A stretch of DNA of 50,502 bases from Nautiliaceae bacterium (GCA_039831155.1 JBDONT010000033.1:1-50502), one strand, 5' to 3'. Shown: positions 1 to 10,088, numbered from the stretch's first letter. Numbers and translations: made by a program. Notes: generated by a model not told the origin, from the sequence alone.

Positions 1-54
1 TTCTTTAACCAAATCCATATTTGACATTAATTCTTTTATCATTTCTCTGTTCAT
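1..54 (-). CDS. 5' end of a gene running off the window (MNREMIKELMSNMDLVKE...), product unknown
   Basis: On the minus strand, AAAAGGAGGAG (Shine-Dalgarno) precedes an ATG at 54 and the frame stays open to base 1. Not in the ORF track. Confidence 0.7.
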   Translation of the reverse strand, partial: MNREMIKELMSNMDLVKE

Positions 55-71
55 ATTACTCCTCCTTTTCT

Positions 72-604
72 AAAGTTTATTTTAGTAAATTTTTACATAA
101 CAGACACAAAATTATTTTAACTCCCGACACAAAAGAGTTGTTAAAATCAAACTTAAATTACGATTTATATTTAATAGACATAAATCTGCCTAAAATAAAC
201 GGAATTGACTTAATTGATTTAATAAACGAAAAAATTATTATAATACCACAAAATCATAGACACGGCGTATAAAAAAGGAATAGAAGATTTCATAAAAAAA
301 CCTTTCATTAAAGAAGAACTTTTACACAAAATTGAAAAAATCTATCCAAAAGAGATAAAAATTAAAAACTTCATTTTAAAACCCAAAGAGAGAATTTTAA
401 TAAGCGATAAAATTCACATCCTCACAAAAGCCAAAAGAGACTTTTTACTGCTTTTTAAAAACAAAGAGTTTGTAACGTTTGAAGAGATAGAATCTGCTAT
501 AAATAAATCCGGAAATCCCCTATACGTATTTTTATCCAAACTTAGAAAAAAAACGGGCATTGAATTTGAAAACATAAAAGGACCTGGGATATAAAATCAA
601 ATAA
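72..604 (+). pseudogene. Degenerate OmpR/PhoB-family response regulator (receiver + winged helix), no start codon, two frameshifts
   Basis: Frame 1: YDLYLIDINLPKINGIDLI (receiver Asp motif). After a shift near 246-250: KIIDTAYKKGIEDFIKKPFIKEELLHKI...LYVFLSKLRKKTGIEFENIKG. After an extra C near 583: LGYKIK-stop (the typical GxGY end). Confidence 0.8.
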
Positions 605-731
605 CCTCAAGGGTATATTATAAATTTCATAATGAAGTGTGATTATTTTTTTATCTGTATAGATAAATACATTAGAGTTGTAAGATGCTTTTCAAGTATA
701 TTCATTTCAAGAAAACCGTATTTTTTTCATC

Positions 732-2243
732 CTAAACTAAATCTTCCCATTCGTAAGAAACGATATTTTTCTCTTTTTTGCTAAAACAGATTCCTACCAT
801 TATCACCTTTTTATCACTGTATTTTTCATAATATTTTTTTTCTTTTATCTGTTTTGGAGCATCACACTTTTTATCAGAAACTTTAAATTCGATTATATAA
901 ACCTTATCTTCCAAAATTACCGATAAATCGATTCTGCCTTTATTGGTTACGTCTTCTCCTACAATATCAAACCCCAGTGCCTGCAGATATACATACACCA
1001 CACTCGCATAAAACCCCTCATAATCTTTAATATAAGTTAAATTGTTATACGGAATCGAAGCAAAAACCTTTCTTAAAACTTCTATAAACTTTTCTACATC
1101 AGCTTCTATTAAAGCATCATACAGCTCATCTTCCTTTTCTACTCTATCTTTATCTTCTAGCATATAATCAATCAAATAATCACAAAAACTATTCTTTACT
1201 TCATAATTTGGGAAGTATAAATTATATTCAATTCTTCTTCTTTTTTTTACTACATCTTTTATCGTTAAATATCCGGCTTGATATAATAACACCTCAATAT
1301 CAATTCTTTCTATATCAAACACATCAAGCAGTTTTTCATCTACTTTTAGATTAGACAGATTCGGTAAAAAGTAATTATTCTTTTTAAGGAGTTTAATTAA
1401 AAAGCTAGGATTCCCACTGTTAAACCAATAGTTTCTAAACTCCTTTGTCTGTAAATATTGCAGTATATCAAACGGGTTAAATATCTTATCTTTTAAAAAA
1501 TAGTATCCGTTATACCACTCTTTTATCTCTTTTAAATCTACATCAACCAAGTATTCTTCAAAATTATCAACTAATTCCTTTTCGGTTATTCCACAGATAT
1601 TACCGTATTTAGGAAGTAAGGAAACATCGCTTAACATATTAAGCCCACTAAAAATATTTGCTTTTGCAAACTTACTTACCCCCGTTAAAAAAGCAAATTT
1701 TATATACTCATCAAGCCCCTTTATACTTGAATAAAGCCCCTTTAAAAACTCCCTATGTTCTTTTGCCTGATTTATATCCTCTATTACTTCAAGAATAGGT
1801 CTATCATATTCGTCTATCAAAACGACTACTCTTTTTTGATATTTTTCGTAAGCTTTTTGGAGCAGTTCCTCAAAACGAATAAAAGGATTTTTACTTTCAC
1901 ACTCTATATTCAATCTCTTTTGGTTGTCTTTTAAAACTTTATTTAATTTATCTTCAAGGTCTTTTATCGTTCTTAATTTACCGTCCCAGCTAATTTTAAT
2001 AACCGGATACTCCTCAAAATTCCATTTATCATAAATCCACAAACCCTCAAACAATTCTTTTTTGGCTTCAAAAAGAGCCTTTATAGTATCAAGCAAAAGA
2101 CTCTTTCCAAATCTTCTGGGACGGGATAAAAAAACATAAGTATAATCGTTTATCAACTTATATATATCTTCCGTTTTATCGGCGTAGATGTAGTTTTCTT
2201 TTCTTATTTTTTCAAAGCTTTGTATACCGATTGGCAGTTTCAT
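732..2243 (-). CDS. AAA-ATPase-like domain protein with C-terminal PD-(D/E)XK nuclease domain
   Basis: KLPIGIQSFEKIR start, SRPRRFGKSL Walker A, LIDEYD Walker B, C-terminal GRIDL...IIEFK nuclease motif. Confidence 0.9.
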   Translation of the reverse strand: MKLPIGIQSFEKIRKENYIYADKTEDIYKLINDYTYVFLSRPRRFGKSLLLDTIKALFEAKKELFEGLWIYDKWNFEEYPVIKISWDGKLRTIKDLEDKLNKVLKDNQKRLNIECESKNPFIRFEELLQKAYEKYQKRVVVLIDEYDRPILEVIEDINQAKEHREFLKGLYSSIKGLDEYIKFAFLTGVSKFAKANIFSGLNMLSDVSLLPKYGNICGITEKELVDNFEEYLVDVDLKEIKEWYNGYYFLKDKIFNPFDILQYLQTKEFRNYWFNSGNPSFLIKLLKKNNYFLPNLSNLKVDEKLLDVFDIERIDIEVLLYQAGYLTIKDVVKKRRRIEYNLYFPNYEVKNSFCDYLIDYMLEDKDRVEKEDELYDALIEADVEKFIEVLRKVFASIPYNNLTYIKDYEGFYASVVYVYLQALGFDIVGEDVTNKGRIDLSVILEDKVYIIEFKVSDKKCDAPKQIKEKKYYEKYSDKKVIMVGICFSKKEKNIVSYEWEDLV

Positions 2244-2253
2244 AATTTTCCTT

Positions 2254-2262
2254 TGATATAAT
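2254..2262 (+). promoter_or_regulatory. Extended -10 sigma70 promoter (TGATATAAT) for the DUF455 gene
   Basis: Exact TGnTATAAT about 20 nt upstream of the ATG at 2283. Confidence 0.65.
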
Positions 2263-2282
2263 TTTGTAAAAAAAGGGCTTTA

Positions 2283-3083
2283 ATGTTTGAGCTTTTAGAA
2301 AAAATTATCTCTTGTGATAATATACCACAAAAATTTGAAATGTTTTATGAGCTTTATAACAATGTCGATAAATTTAACTTCCGTTCGGATAAAGACCCTA
2401 AATTTTTTAAAACCCCAAGCTACGCCTCTTTTTGCGAAATAGTCCACCCGTCACGCGTCCCAAGAAGAAGAGGGTTTGAGACAAACGAAAAAAAAGCCGT
2501 TTTACTTCACGCAATAGTTCATATAGAGTATTCGGCAATAGATTTATCCCTTGATGCCGCATACAGATTCAGAAACTTACCCAAAGAATATTATCTTGAC
2601 TGGCTTGAGGTTGCGGAAGATGAGATTAGACACTTTAAAATAATAAATACCCTCCTTGAAAAAACGGGCTATAAATACGGAGACTTTCCGGTTCATAATT
2701 CACTTTTTGAGGCAAGTCAAAAAACTCAAGACTTATTGAGCCGTATGGCTATAGTCCCTAGATGGTATGAGGCAAACGGACTTGACGCAAACGAAAAAAT
2801 CATAAAAAAACTTCAAAAATCAAAAGACCCTTTCGCCAAAGACGTAATAGAAGCTTTATATGTAATCTTAAAAGAGGAAATTCCTCACGTCCAAAAAGGA
2901 GATAAATGGTTCAAATACGAATGTAAACGTCAAAAATTAAACCCTATAGATACATATTTCAAAATAGTGGATAACTTTTTCAAAGATTGGAAGAAAAAAG
3001 ACCTAAACGTAGCGGCAAGACTAAAAGCCGGTTTTAGCTGCGATGAATTAAAAATTCTAAGCAAGCAAAAAATAGAGTGTTAA
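2283..3083 (+). CDS. Ferritin-like DUF455 family protein
   Basis: HAIVHIEYSAIDL, EDEIRHF, EANGLD and EEIPHV diiron-type ExxH motifs. Confidence 0.85.
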   Translation: MFELLEKIISCDNIPQKFEMFYELYNNVDKFNFRSDKDPKFFKTPSYASFCEIVHPSRVPRRRGFETNEKKAVLLHAIVHIEYSAIDLSLDAAYRFRNLPKEYYLDWLEVAEDEIRHFKIINTLLEKTGYKYGDFPVHNSLFEASQKTQDLLSRMAIVPRWYEANGLDANEKIIKKLQKSKDPFAKDVIEALYVILKEEIPHVQKGDKWFKYECKRQKLNPIDTYFKIVDNFFKDWKKKDLNVAARLKAGFSCDELKILSKQKIEC

Positions 3084-3628
3084 TTACACTCTAAAGAAGT
3101 AAAATCACTGAATTTTACTTCGTTTAATTTAAATTCAAAATTTAAATCCTTAACATTCTCATCTTTTAAATCCATTTCAAGCTCACTGTTTATAATATGT
3201 CCTTTTTTTACGTTTAAAACTTCATTGGGTTTTAAATTAACTTTTCTCTCAAAATAATCTTTTAAAAGAGTAACTCCGTCTTTATCCCTTACATACAAAT
3301 TTCCACTTATAAAAGTAACCGTTTTTGGATATTTGTTTTTTAATTTATAGTTTAATTCATAACTTGGAATAACTCCTCCCTCATACGTATCACTAAAAGA
3401 GACTACCTTAATTTTTTTACAGTCTTTTACGGCAAGTGTTTTTTTAATCTCTTTTTTCTCTTTTTTTAAATCTTTTTTTATAGCTTCAACCTCTTTATTC
3501 TTTTTATCAAGTTTCTTTTCAATCAAGTCAACCTTTTTAATCAAATAATCCAACTTTTTATCAATTTCATCCAAACTTGCAGCCATCAAAAACGACCCAA
3601 ACGCCAAAAATATTAAAAACCTTTTCAT
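3080..3628 (-). CDS. Exported hypothetical protein (signal peptide, coiled coil, beta-rich C-terminal domain)
   Basis: MKRFLIFLAFGSFLMA signal peptide, heptad-rich region, AAGGA SD, and TGATAAAAT on the minus strand at 3649-3657. Confidence 0.75.
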   Translation of the reverse strand: MKRFLIFLAFGSFLMAASLDEIDKKLDYLIKKVDLIEKKLDKKNKEVEAIKKDLKKEKKEIKKTLAVKDCKKIKVVSFSDTYEGGVIPSYELNYKLKNKYPKTVTFISGNLYVRDKDGVTLLKDYFERKVNLKPNEVLNVKKGHIINSELEMDLKDENVKDLNFEFKLNEVKFSDFTSLECN

Positions 3629-3673
3629 ATTTTTCCTTTTTTGTTGCTATTTTATCAAAATTGAAGTAAAATT

Positions 3674-3695
3674 TTACTTACTGATTAGTAAGTAA
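3674..3695. promoter_or_regulatory. Palindromic operator TTACTTACT-GATT-AGTAAGTAA, probable TetR binding site
   Basis: Perfect 9-bp inverted arms between a TAAAAT -10 (3667-3672) and the TetR RBS. Confidence 0.8.
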
Positions 3696-3704
3696 GGAAA
3701 ACGG

Positions 3705-4259
3705 ATGTCAACAAAAGAACAGATTCTAAAAAAAGCCTTAGAAATTTTTGCTAAAAAGGGGTATGAAAATACCAACCTAGAAGAAATAGCAAAAGAAGTG
3801 GGCATTACAAAACCGGCAATTTATTATCACTTTAAAAGTAAAAAAGAGCTTTACAACTATATTTTTAAAGAAAAATTTAAAAAGCTAAACTTCACTTCTC
3901 AACAAACATTAGAAGAGAACTTAAAACATTACATCTATACGCTTGGAGAATTTTTTATAAAAAACCCAAACATAGCAAAACTCTTCTCAAAAGAGATATC
4001 AAATGAAGCCCTCCATTTAAATGACGATACTTTAAAAGAGATTACAAAAACAATCAAATTCCTATCATCTTCTTTAAAAGAGACAAACTTAAATCCTCTT
4101 TTTATTCAAACTCTTATAATTTCATCTTTTACGACTTATACGAATACACTGAATTTAAGAAGCAGAATTAAAGAGATAACAAAAGAGGAATTTAAAGAAT
4201 TCAATATAACAGACGAAGTATATGAAACAATTATTACTTATATAAAGGCAAAAATATGA
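3705..4259 (+). CDS. TetR/AcrR family transcriptional regulator
   Basis: N-terminal HTH: IFAKKGYENTNLEEIAKEVGITKPAIYYHFKSKKEL. Confidence 0.95.
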   Translation: MSTKEQILKKALEIFAKKGYENTNLEEIAKEVGITKPAIYYHFKSKKELYNYIFKEKFKKLNFTSQQTLEENLKHYIYTLGEFFIKNPNIAKLFSKEISNEALHLNDDTLKEITKTIKFLSSSLKETNLNPLFIQTLIISSFTTYTNTLNLRSRIKEITKEEFKEFNITDEVYETIITYIKAKI

Positions 4260-5521
4260 AAAAAACGCTTCTTTTATCACTTATGTTAATAAATTTAAAC
4301 GCAGCACAGATAACAAAGCTATTAGATGCCGTGTCTTCAATACCGGATACGAAAATAGACAATTTAATGGTCAAAGAAGCAAAAACCAACAAAAAAAGCG
4401 TTGAAGCTTCCTTAATGCCCACACTTACATTAAACGCAAGTATGGAGCATTTTAATTCACCAGTAAGCCTAAAACAGCTAACGCCGACACTTAGTGCATC
4501 TTTAATCCAAACAAACTCGGCTATTCCGTTTTCTAAAAACATTTTAAAAGTGGGATTTAACGTATCAATGCCCGTTTTTATAAAAGAGATTTACGACAAC
4601 AAAACAAAAATCTCCCATCTTATAAATTCAACCAAATATCAAGCCAAAATAAACCTTTTAAAAAAAGAAGCACTTTTAATTACTCTTGTAAGTAAATTAA
4701 ATTATCTTTACAGCCTAAAAAAAGCCCTTGAAACACAAAAAAACTCAATTCAAGAAACCCTAAAAGGTATTAAAGTGGGGGTAAAAGTCGGAAGAATCCC
4801 GGAATTTAAACTTTTAAGATTAAAAGACTCTTTAAATAATATCGATATTTCAATCTCAAACATAAACACAAATATCTACGACACTCAAGCCAAAATTTAC
4901 AATTTAACCCAAATAAAAACAACTGCTCCTGTTGAATTTACTTCAAATCAAATAAAAAAAGGAGAATTTATCTACCTAAAACCCCTAAAAGAACAACTAA
5001 AAGCATCCGAATACGATGTAAAAATAGCCAAAGACAAAAACCTACCCAAACTTCTTTTAAAAATTCAAGGTTATAGAGCTTACGCAAAAGCTTACAATAA
5101 CGACGCTTCAATTCACGAGGATTTAGCAAGTGTAGGAATTTACATCAGTTGGGACGTTTTTAACAAAAAAAACAGTTCTACAGTTCAAAAAGCAAAAATC
5201 TCAAAACTAAAAAGTTCGCTTCAGATTCAAAAAACCCTAATCGAATTAAACTCTCAAATCACATCCATTAACAACTCTTTAAAAGAGCTAAAAAGAGCCA
5301 TTCTGCAAGCCAAAAACTCAATAGAGTTAAAACAGCAACTTTTAAAAAGTGCAAAAACGGCTTTTAAACTAAACACAATGACTGTTGATGAATATTTAAA
5401 ATACGAAGACGACTTGGCAAAAGCAAAAGCAAACCTTGCTAATTTAATAGCTACTAAAAACTCTCTTTTAGCTCAAAAAGCGTTAATTTACGGAAATAAT
5501 CTTAAAAAGGTGTTCAAATGA
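4256..5521 (+). CDS. TolC-family outer membrane efflux protein
   Basis: Signal peptide, two helical repeats with P-x-L-x-L strands, position upstream of MFP and RND. Confidence 0.85.
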   Translation: MKKTLLLSLMLINLNAAQITKLLDAVSSIPDTKIDNLMVKEAKTNKKSVEASLMPTLTLNASMEHFNSPVSLKQLTPTLSASLIQTNSAIPFSKNILKVGFNVSMPVFIKEIYDNKTKISHLINSTKYQAKINLLKKEALLITLVSKLNYLYSLKKALETQKNSIQETLKGIKVGVKVGRIPEFKLLRLKDSLNNIDISISNINTNIYDTQAKIYNLTQIKTTAPVEFTSNQIKKGEFIYLKPLKEQLKASEYDVKIAKDKNLPKLLLKIQGYRAYAKAYNNDASIHEDLASVGIYISWDVFNKKNSSTVQKAKISKLKSSLQIQKTLIELNSQITSINNSLKELKRAILQAKNSIELKQQLLKSAKTAFKLNTMTVDEYLKYEDDLAKAKANLANLIATKNSLLAQKALIYGNNLKKVFK

Positions 5522-6594
5522 AATTAAAAATAGTTATCCCGGTTATTATAGGTGCAGCATTGGTATTTGTAGGTGTAAACCTTATAAAAAAGAAAAAAGA
5601 AGAAGAGGCAAAACTTCAAGGTGCGAAAATTTATCCTTTGGTAGTAAAAACAATTACCTCTAAAACAGAAGAAACAAACTTAACCCTTCCTTACATAGCA
5701 ACGGTAAAAAGCTCAAAGGAAGTAACACTAAGTTCAAAATTCAGTGGAAGAATTTTATATATTAAAAACTTAGGAGAGAGAGTCAAAAAAAATGAGACTT
5801 TAATAAAAATAGACAACAGCGACTTACTATCAAAACTAAAAGAAGTAAAAGAAAACATCAACTCCTTAAAAGCTAAACTTCAAGCCCAAAAAATTTCTCT
5901 AAACAATCTCTTAAAAACATTCGAAAGAACAAAAAAACTGCTTGAAGTTAAAATGGCTTCCATTGAAGATTATCAAAATCAAGAATCAAAAATAGCAGAG
6001 CTTAAAGCCTCCATAAAAGCTACAAAAGCTTCGCTAAAAACCCTAGAGGCAAATAAAAACTCTATCTTAAACAGCCTCTCATACACTACTATAAAATCCC
6101 CTATTAACGGTGTTATAAGTGCAAAAATAGCAAATAAAGGAGACTTGGCTTTAAGTGGAAGAGCGATTTTAAAAGTATCTTCCACAAAAGGAAATTATCT
6201 TTTAGTTACTCTGCCGAGTAAAAAAGAGGGGATTATTTTTGAAAATAAATTTTACAAACTAATCCCTCTAAACACTACAATAGACGGCGTAAAAGCCTTT
6301 AAAGCCGATGTAAACAAAAGCTTAATTCCCGGTGAAAGGATAAAAATAGATGTAGTCGAATTTAAAGGAAAAGCGACAATTCTTCCATACAACGCAATAC
6401 TTTCTATCAATTCGAAAAATTACGTATTTATCCCAAGTAAATCCCACGCAACGATAAAAGAAGTCCATATTTTAGCCCAGGGAAAAAACGAAGTGGCAAT
6501 AAAAGAGAATATCTCAAGCCCGGTAATTAAAGCCGAACCCGATATTTTATTAAAAATAAAAGCCGGATACCCTATAAAAGTAAAAAAGGATTAA
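5518..6594 (+). CDS. RND efflux periplasmic adaptor (membrane fusion protein)
   Basis: N-terminal anchor; lipoyl halves (SKFSGRI...GERVKKNETLIKID and IKSPINGVIS) flank a coiled coil. Confidence 0.9.
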   Translation: MKLKIVIPVIIGAALVFVGVNLIKKKKEEEAKLQGAKIYPLVVKTITSKTEETNLTLPYIATVKSSKEVTLSSKFSGRILYIKNLGERVKKNETLIKIDNSDLLSKLKEVKENINSLKAKLQAQKISLNNLLKTFERTKKLLEVKMASIEDYQNQESKIAELKASIKATKASLKTLEANKNSILNSLSYTTIKSPINGVISAKIANKGDLALSGRAILKVSSTKGNYLLVTLPSKKEGIIFENKFYKLIPLNTTIDGVKAFKADVNKSLIPGERIKIDVVEFKGKATILPYNAILSINSKNYVFIPSKSHATIKEVHILAQGKNEVAIKENISSPVIKAEPDILLKIKAGYPIKVKKD

Positions 6595-6595
6595 A

Positions 6596-9500
6596 ATGTT
6601 TGAATATTTTTACAAAAACAGACACTTTTTATTTGCGATAATCGCAGTAATGTTTGTGTTTGGAGTCATAGGTCTTATGAAAATGCCAAAAAACCTATTT
6701 CCCGATGCAAACCGTCCGGAAGTCGTGATATTCACTCAAGTCCCGGGAGCCCCGGCGAATGTAGTTGCGACCAGCGTTTCAAAACCTATAGAAGAAGAGA
6801 TGGCAACCCTCTCTCACGTATACGAAATAAAATCCACAAACGTAGCGAACTTTTCTATAGTTCACGTAGTGTTTGATTATACAAAATCACTACAAGCAGC
6901 CGCAGTTGACGTAAGTAACGCCCTAAACCGTGTAAAAGACAAAATCCCTCAAACATCCATCCCGGCTATCTATTTGGTAGGAGACTTTACGGCTCCTGTG
7001 GATGTATTTGCTTTAAGTCCTAAGGATAACACCATAAACCTTGACGAAATAAGAAAAATAGCCGTAAGTTTTATAAAACCTAAACTTTTAGCAAATAAAA
7101 ACATAGGAAACGTTGAGGTATTCGGAGGGTATGAGAGTGCTATTATGATTAAAACAGACCCTCTTAAACTAAAAAAATACAACATATCATTTGATGAGCT
7201 TTTAAAAGTCATTCAAACCACAAACAAAGATTTCCCTATAGGATTTGTCAAAACGAAATCTAGCTTTATTACACTCTCTTTTTACGGTGAAGAGGATGAT
7301 ATTAAAAAACTAAAAAACCTCTTTATAAAGCCTAACGTAAAATTAAGCGACGTGGCAAAAATAGCCTGGAGTTATAAAACAAACAACAGTGCTTATATAG
7401 GAAACAACCATCCGGCTATTGCCATTTCCGTCCAAAGAGCTCCGGGTGGGAACTTAATAGCCACAAGTGACGCGGCAAGAAAAGTTATGGATGAAATTAA
7501 AAAAGAGTACCCAAATATCAAAATAAGCGTATCTGATACTCAAAGAACGCTTGTAGAAACATCAAACGACAATATGCTTGAAGCCTTAAGAGACGCGATT
7601 ATTTATACTTTAATAGTGTTAATGATTTTCCTTGGAAACTTCAGAGCCTTAATTGCCGCCGGACTTTCGATTCCTATGGTGTTTTTCGGAGTACTTGCTT
7701 TTCTTTATTTAACGGGACAAAGTTTAAATATAGTCATCTATACGGCTATTATCTTAGCACTTGGTATGTTAACGGACGACGCCGTAGTGGTACTTGAGAA
7801 TATAGAAAGACATCTTGAAAACGGGGAAGAGCTTAAAAAGGCTATCTTTGAAGGAACAAAAGAGGTGTTAATGCCTATTTTTGCAGGGACTATTTCCACT
7901 ATTGCGATTTTATTTCCTTTAATGTTCGTAGGAGGATATCCGGGTAAAATATTCGCTCCTTTAATAGAAACCTTAATAGTGGCACTTCTTATAAGCTGGT
8001 TTTTATCGGTAACGTTTATACCGGTACTTTCAAGCTATCTTTACAAAAACGGGTTTAAAAAAACAAAAGTTGAAGAGTTTTTTGAAAAAATGTACCAAAA
8101 CACTATAGGAAAACTCGTTTTACCTTATGTAAGCATTTTAAAATGGAGCAAAGGTAAACTCTGGTTTTTAAGAAGAATGGTTTTAATAGGTGGTGCGATA
8201 ATTGTACTTATGATAAGCGTTAAAAATATAATCCCTTTAATAGGAAGAGACGTTATGCCTCCTATGGATACGGGAATTATGAAAGCAAAAATAGAATTCT
8301 CAAGTAACCTAAACGCTGAGGAGAGTGAAAAAAGATTAAAACCTTTCTTTGAATGGCTAAACAAACAACCTTGGCTTGAAAAAAGTTCAATAGCAATAGG
8401 TACGGAAAAAGGAGTATTGTCAATTAGTGGTGATGGTGGTGGAAACAGCGTAAGTATGACTATCATAGCAGTCGATAGATTTCACAGAAAAAAAACAATA
8501 TGGCAACTAGAAGATGAGGTAAGAGAAAAACTGGCTAAAATTGAAGGAGTTAAAAACCTAAACGTATTTGATTTCGGAGCGACAGCCCTATCAACCATTT
8601 CTGCACCTCTTGCAATTCAGTTTAGAAGCGATACGTATGAAAATCTTCCTAACCTTGCAAAAAAAGCCGAAAACATCATAAGAAACATAAAAGGTCTTAC
8701 GACAACCCAAATAAGCTGGGATAAGGACTTTGAAGAGATTGTAATTAAAATAGATAAAAACAAAGCCCTAAGTTACGGACTCACTCCCGGAAACATCATA
8801 TATCAAATAGCACTAAAAGACCAGGTGGTTTCAATCTCAAGCAAACTAAGCTCAATGAACGTGCAATTCGTAAGAATCAGATTTGCAAAAGATTTCGGAA
8901 ACAATATCCAAACCTTAAAAATGCTGCCTATTCAAACAAAAAAAGGCACCGTTCCTCTAAAAGAAATAGCGTCTATAAAACCGGAGTTTACATACTCTAA
9001 AATCGACAGATTCAACCTCAAATACGCAATAGAAGCTCAAGCCTATAGAAACAAAAGACCTGTTAGCAAAATAACCGACGATGCCAATAAACTTCTACAT
9101 CAGGCAAATATTACAAACTACTACCAACAAGGTGATATGAAAGAATTAAACGACTCATTCTCAAGACTGATAAAAGCAGTAGCTATCGGGGTTGTCGTTT
9201 TAATACTAACACTAATGGTAGTTTATAAATCTTTAAGACTATCGCTTATTATGATAGTCGTACTTCCTTTATCTATGATAGGTGGTGCGTGGGCACTTTT
9301 AATAGCCAATAAACCTTCTTGTATGCCTAGTATGGTAGGACTTTTACTGCTGTTTGGAATTATTATTAAAAATGCCGTACTTCTTATAGACTTTTACAAA
9401 GAGTTCGAAAAAGAAGGAAAAACTCCTTTTGAATCGGCGATTACCAGCGTAAAAGTAAGATTCAGACCGGTAATGATGACGGCTTTTGGAACCATTGCCG

Positions 9501-9655
9501 GTATGATTCCTATAGCCCTAGAACAAGCCGTGGGACTTGAGAGACTCTCTCCTATAGCCGACATAGCTATAGGAGGATTACTAATAGGTACCCTTTTAAC
9601 GTTGGTTTACGTACCTCTTCTTGCATATATAACAGACCCTAGAAATAAAAACTAA
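6596..9655 (+). CDS. RND efflux transporter permease (AcrB/AcrD/AcrF family)
   Basis: 1019 aa; GMLTDDAVVVLEN, IKNAVLLIDF and RFRPVMMT motifs. Confidence 0.95.
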   Translation: MFEYFYKNRHFLFAIIAVMFVFGVIGLMKMPKNLFPDANRPEVVIFTQVPGAPANVVATSVSKPIEEEMATLSHVYEIKSTNVANFSIVHVVFDYTKSLQAAAVDVSNALNRVKDKIPQTSIPAIYLVGDFTAPVDVFALSPKDNTINLDEIRKIAVSFIKPKLLANKNIGNVEVFGGYESAIMIKTDPLKLKKYNISFDELLKVIQTTNKDFPIGFVKTKSSFITLSFYGEEDDIKKLKNLFIKPNVKLSDVAKIAWSYKTNNSAYIGNNHPAIAISVQRAPGGNLIATSDAARKVMDEIKKEYPNIKISVSDTQRTLVETSNDNMLEALRDAIIYTLIVLMIFLGNFRALIAAGLSIPMVFFGVLAFLYLTGQSLNIVIYTAIILALGMLTDDAVVVLENIERHLENGEELKKAIFEGTKEVLMPIFAGTISTIAILFPLMFVGGYPGKIFAPLIETLIVALLISWFLSVTFIPVLSSYLYKNGFKKTKVEEFFEKMYQNTIGKLVLPYVSILKWSKGKLWFLRRMVLIGGAIIVLMISVKNIIPLIGRDVMPPMDTGIMKAKIEFSSNLNAEESEKRLKPFFEWLNKQPWLEKSSIAIGTEKGVLSISGDGGGNSVSMTIIAVDRFHRKKTIWQLEDEVREKLAKIEGVKNLNVFDFGATALSTISAPLAIQFRSDTYENLPNLAKKAENIIRNIKGLTTTQISWDKDFEEIVIKIDKNKALSYGLTPGNIIYQIALKDQVVSISSKLSSMNVQFVRIRFAKDFGNNIQTLKMLPIQTKKGTVPLKEIASIKPEFTYSKIDRFNLKYAIEAQAYRNKRPVSKITDDANKLLHQANITNYYQQGDMKELNDSFSRLIKAVAIGVVVLILTLMVVYKSLRLSLIMIVVLPLSMIGGAWALLIANKPSCMPSMVGLLLLFGIIIKNAVLLIDFYKEFEKEGKTPFESAITSVKVRFRPVMMTAFGTIAGMIPIALEQAVGLERLSPIADIAIGGLLIGTLLTLVYVPLLAYITDPRNKN

Positions 9656-9676
9656 TACCTTGTGGTATTAATTTTT
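9653..9676 (+). terminator. Inverted repeat TAATACC-TTGT-GGTATTA followed by a T-rich tract: probable terminator of the RND operon (or an operator)
   Basis: 7-bp perfect arms beginning at the RND stop codon, followed by ATTTTT. Confidence 0.45.
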
Positions 9677-9698
9677 ATTAACTTGTCTATAACTTTTT

Positions 9699-9707
9699 TG
9701 TTATAAT
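9699..9707 (+). promoter_or_regulatory. Extended -10 promoter (TGTTATAAT) for rhodanese-TauE
   Basis: TGnTATAAT with an upstream T tract, then AAAGGA SD and the ATG at 9727. Confidence 0.65.
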
Positions 9708-9726
9708 TCCAAAAAAAGGATCAGTT

Positions 9727-10080
9727 ATGATTAAATACGCAACACCTAAAGGAAACAAAGAAAAAAGAATAAACATCGAAAAATTTATAGAACTCTTCAA
9801 CGAAGATAAAGCCATTTTACTCGATATAAGAATGCCTTTTGAAGTAAAAGTATGGCAACTTCCTTTTGCAATTCACATCCCGGCAGACGAACTTGAAAAA
9901 AGATTTTTAGAACTCCCAAAAGACAAAATAATAATAACAGCCTGCCCTAATCAAAACAGAAGCCCTTTTGCAGCAATGTATCTAAGGGAAAAAGGGTTTG
10001 AAGCAAAATATCTGGAAGGTGGGCTTTTAAAACTTATGGAAACCCTAAAAGGTGGAGAAGCCAAAAAACTTAAAATTTAA
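9727..10080 (+). CDS. Single-domain rhodanese (sulfurtransferase)
   Basis: LLDIR, HIP, active-loop Cys in ACPNQNRS, GF..KYLEGG. Confidence 0.9.
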   Translation: MIKYATPKGNKEKRINIEKFIELFNEDKAILLDIRMPFEVKVWQLPFAIHIPADELEKRFLELPKDKIIITACPNQNRSPFAAMYLREKGFEAKYLEGGLLKLMETLKGGEAKKLKI

Positions 10081-10088
10081 GAGTATTT

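Noticed and set aside
21-272. 83-aa ORF as a real gene
   Set aside because: Its 5' part is antisense to the start and RBS of a minus-strand gene, and the rest is the first frame of the response-regulator pseudogene.
9653-9670. CsoR/CstR-type operator upstream of rhodanese-TauE
   Set aside because: It has TACC/GGTA arms, but the 4-nt spacer is shorter than I recall for that family, there is no G/C tract, and no such regulator is in the window. Kept only as terminator-or-operator.
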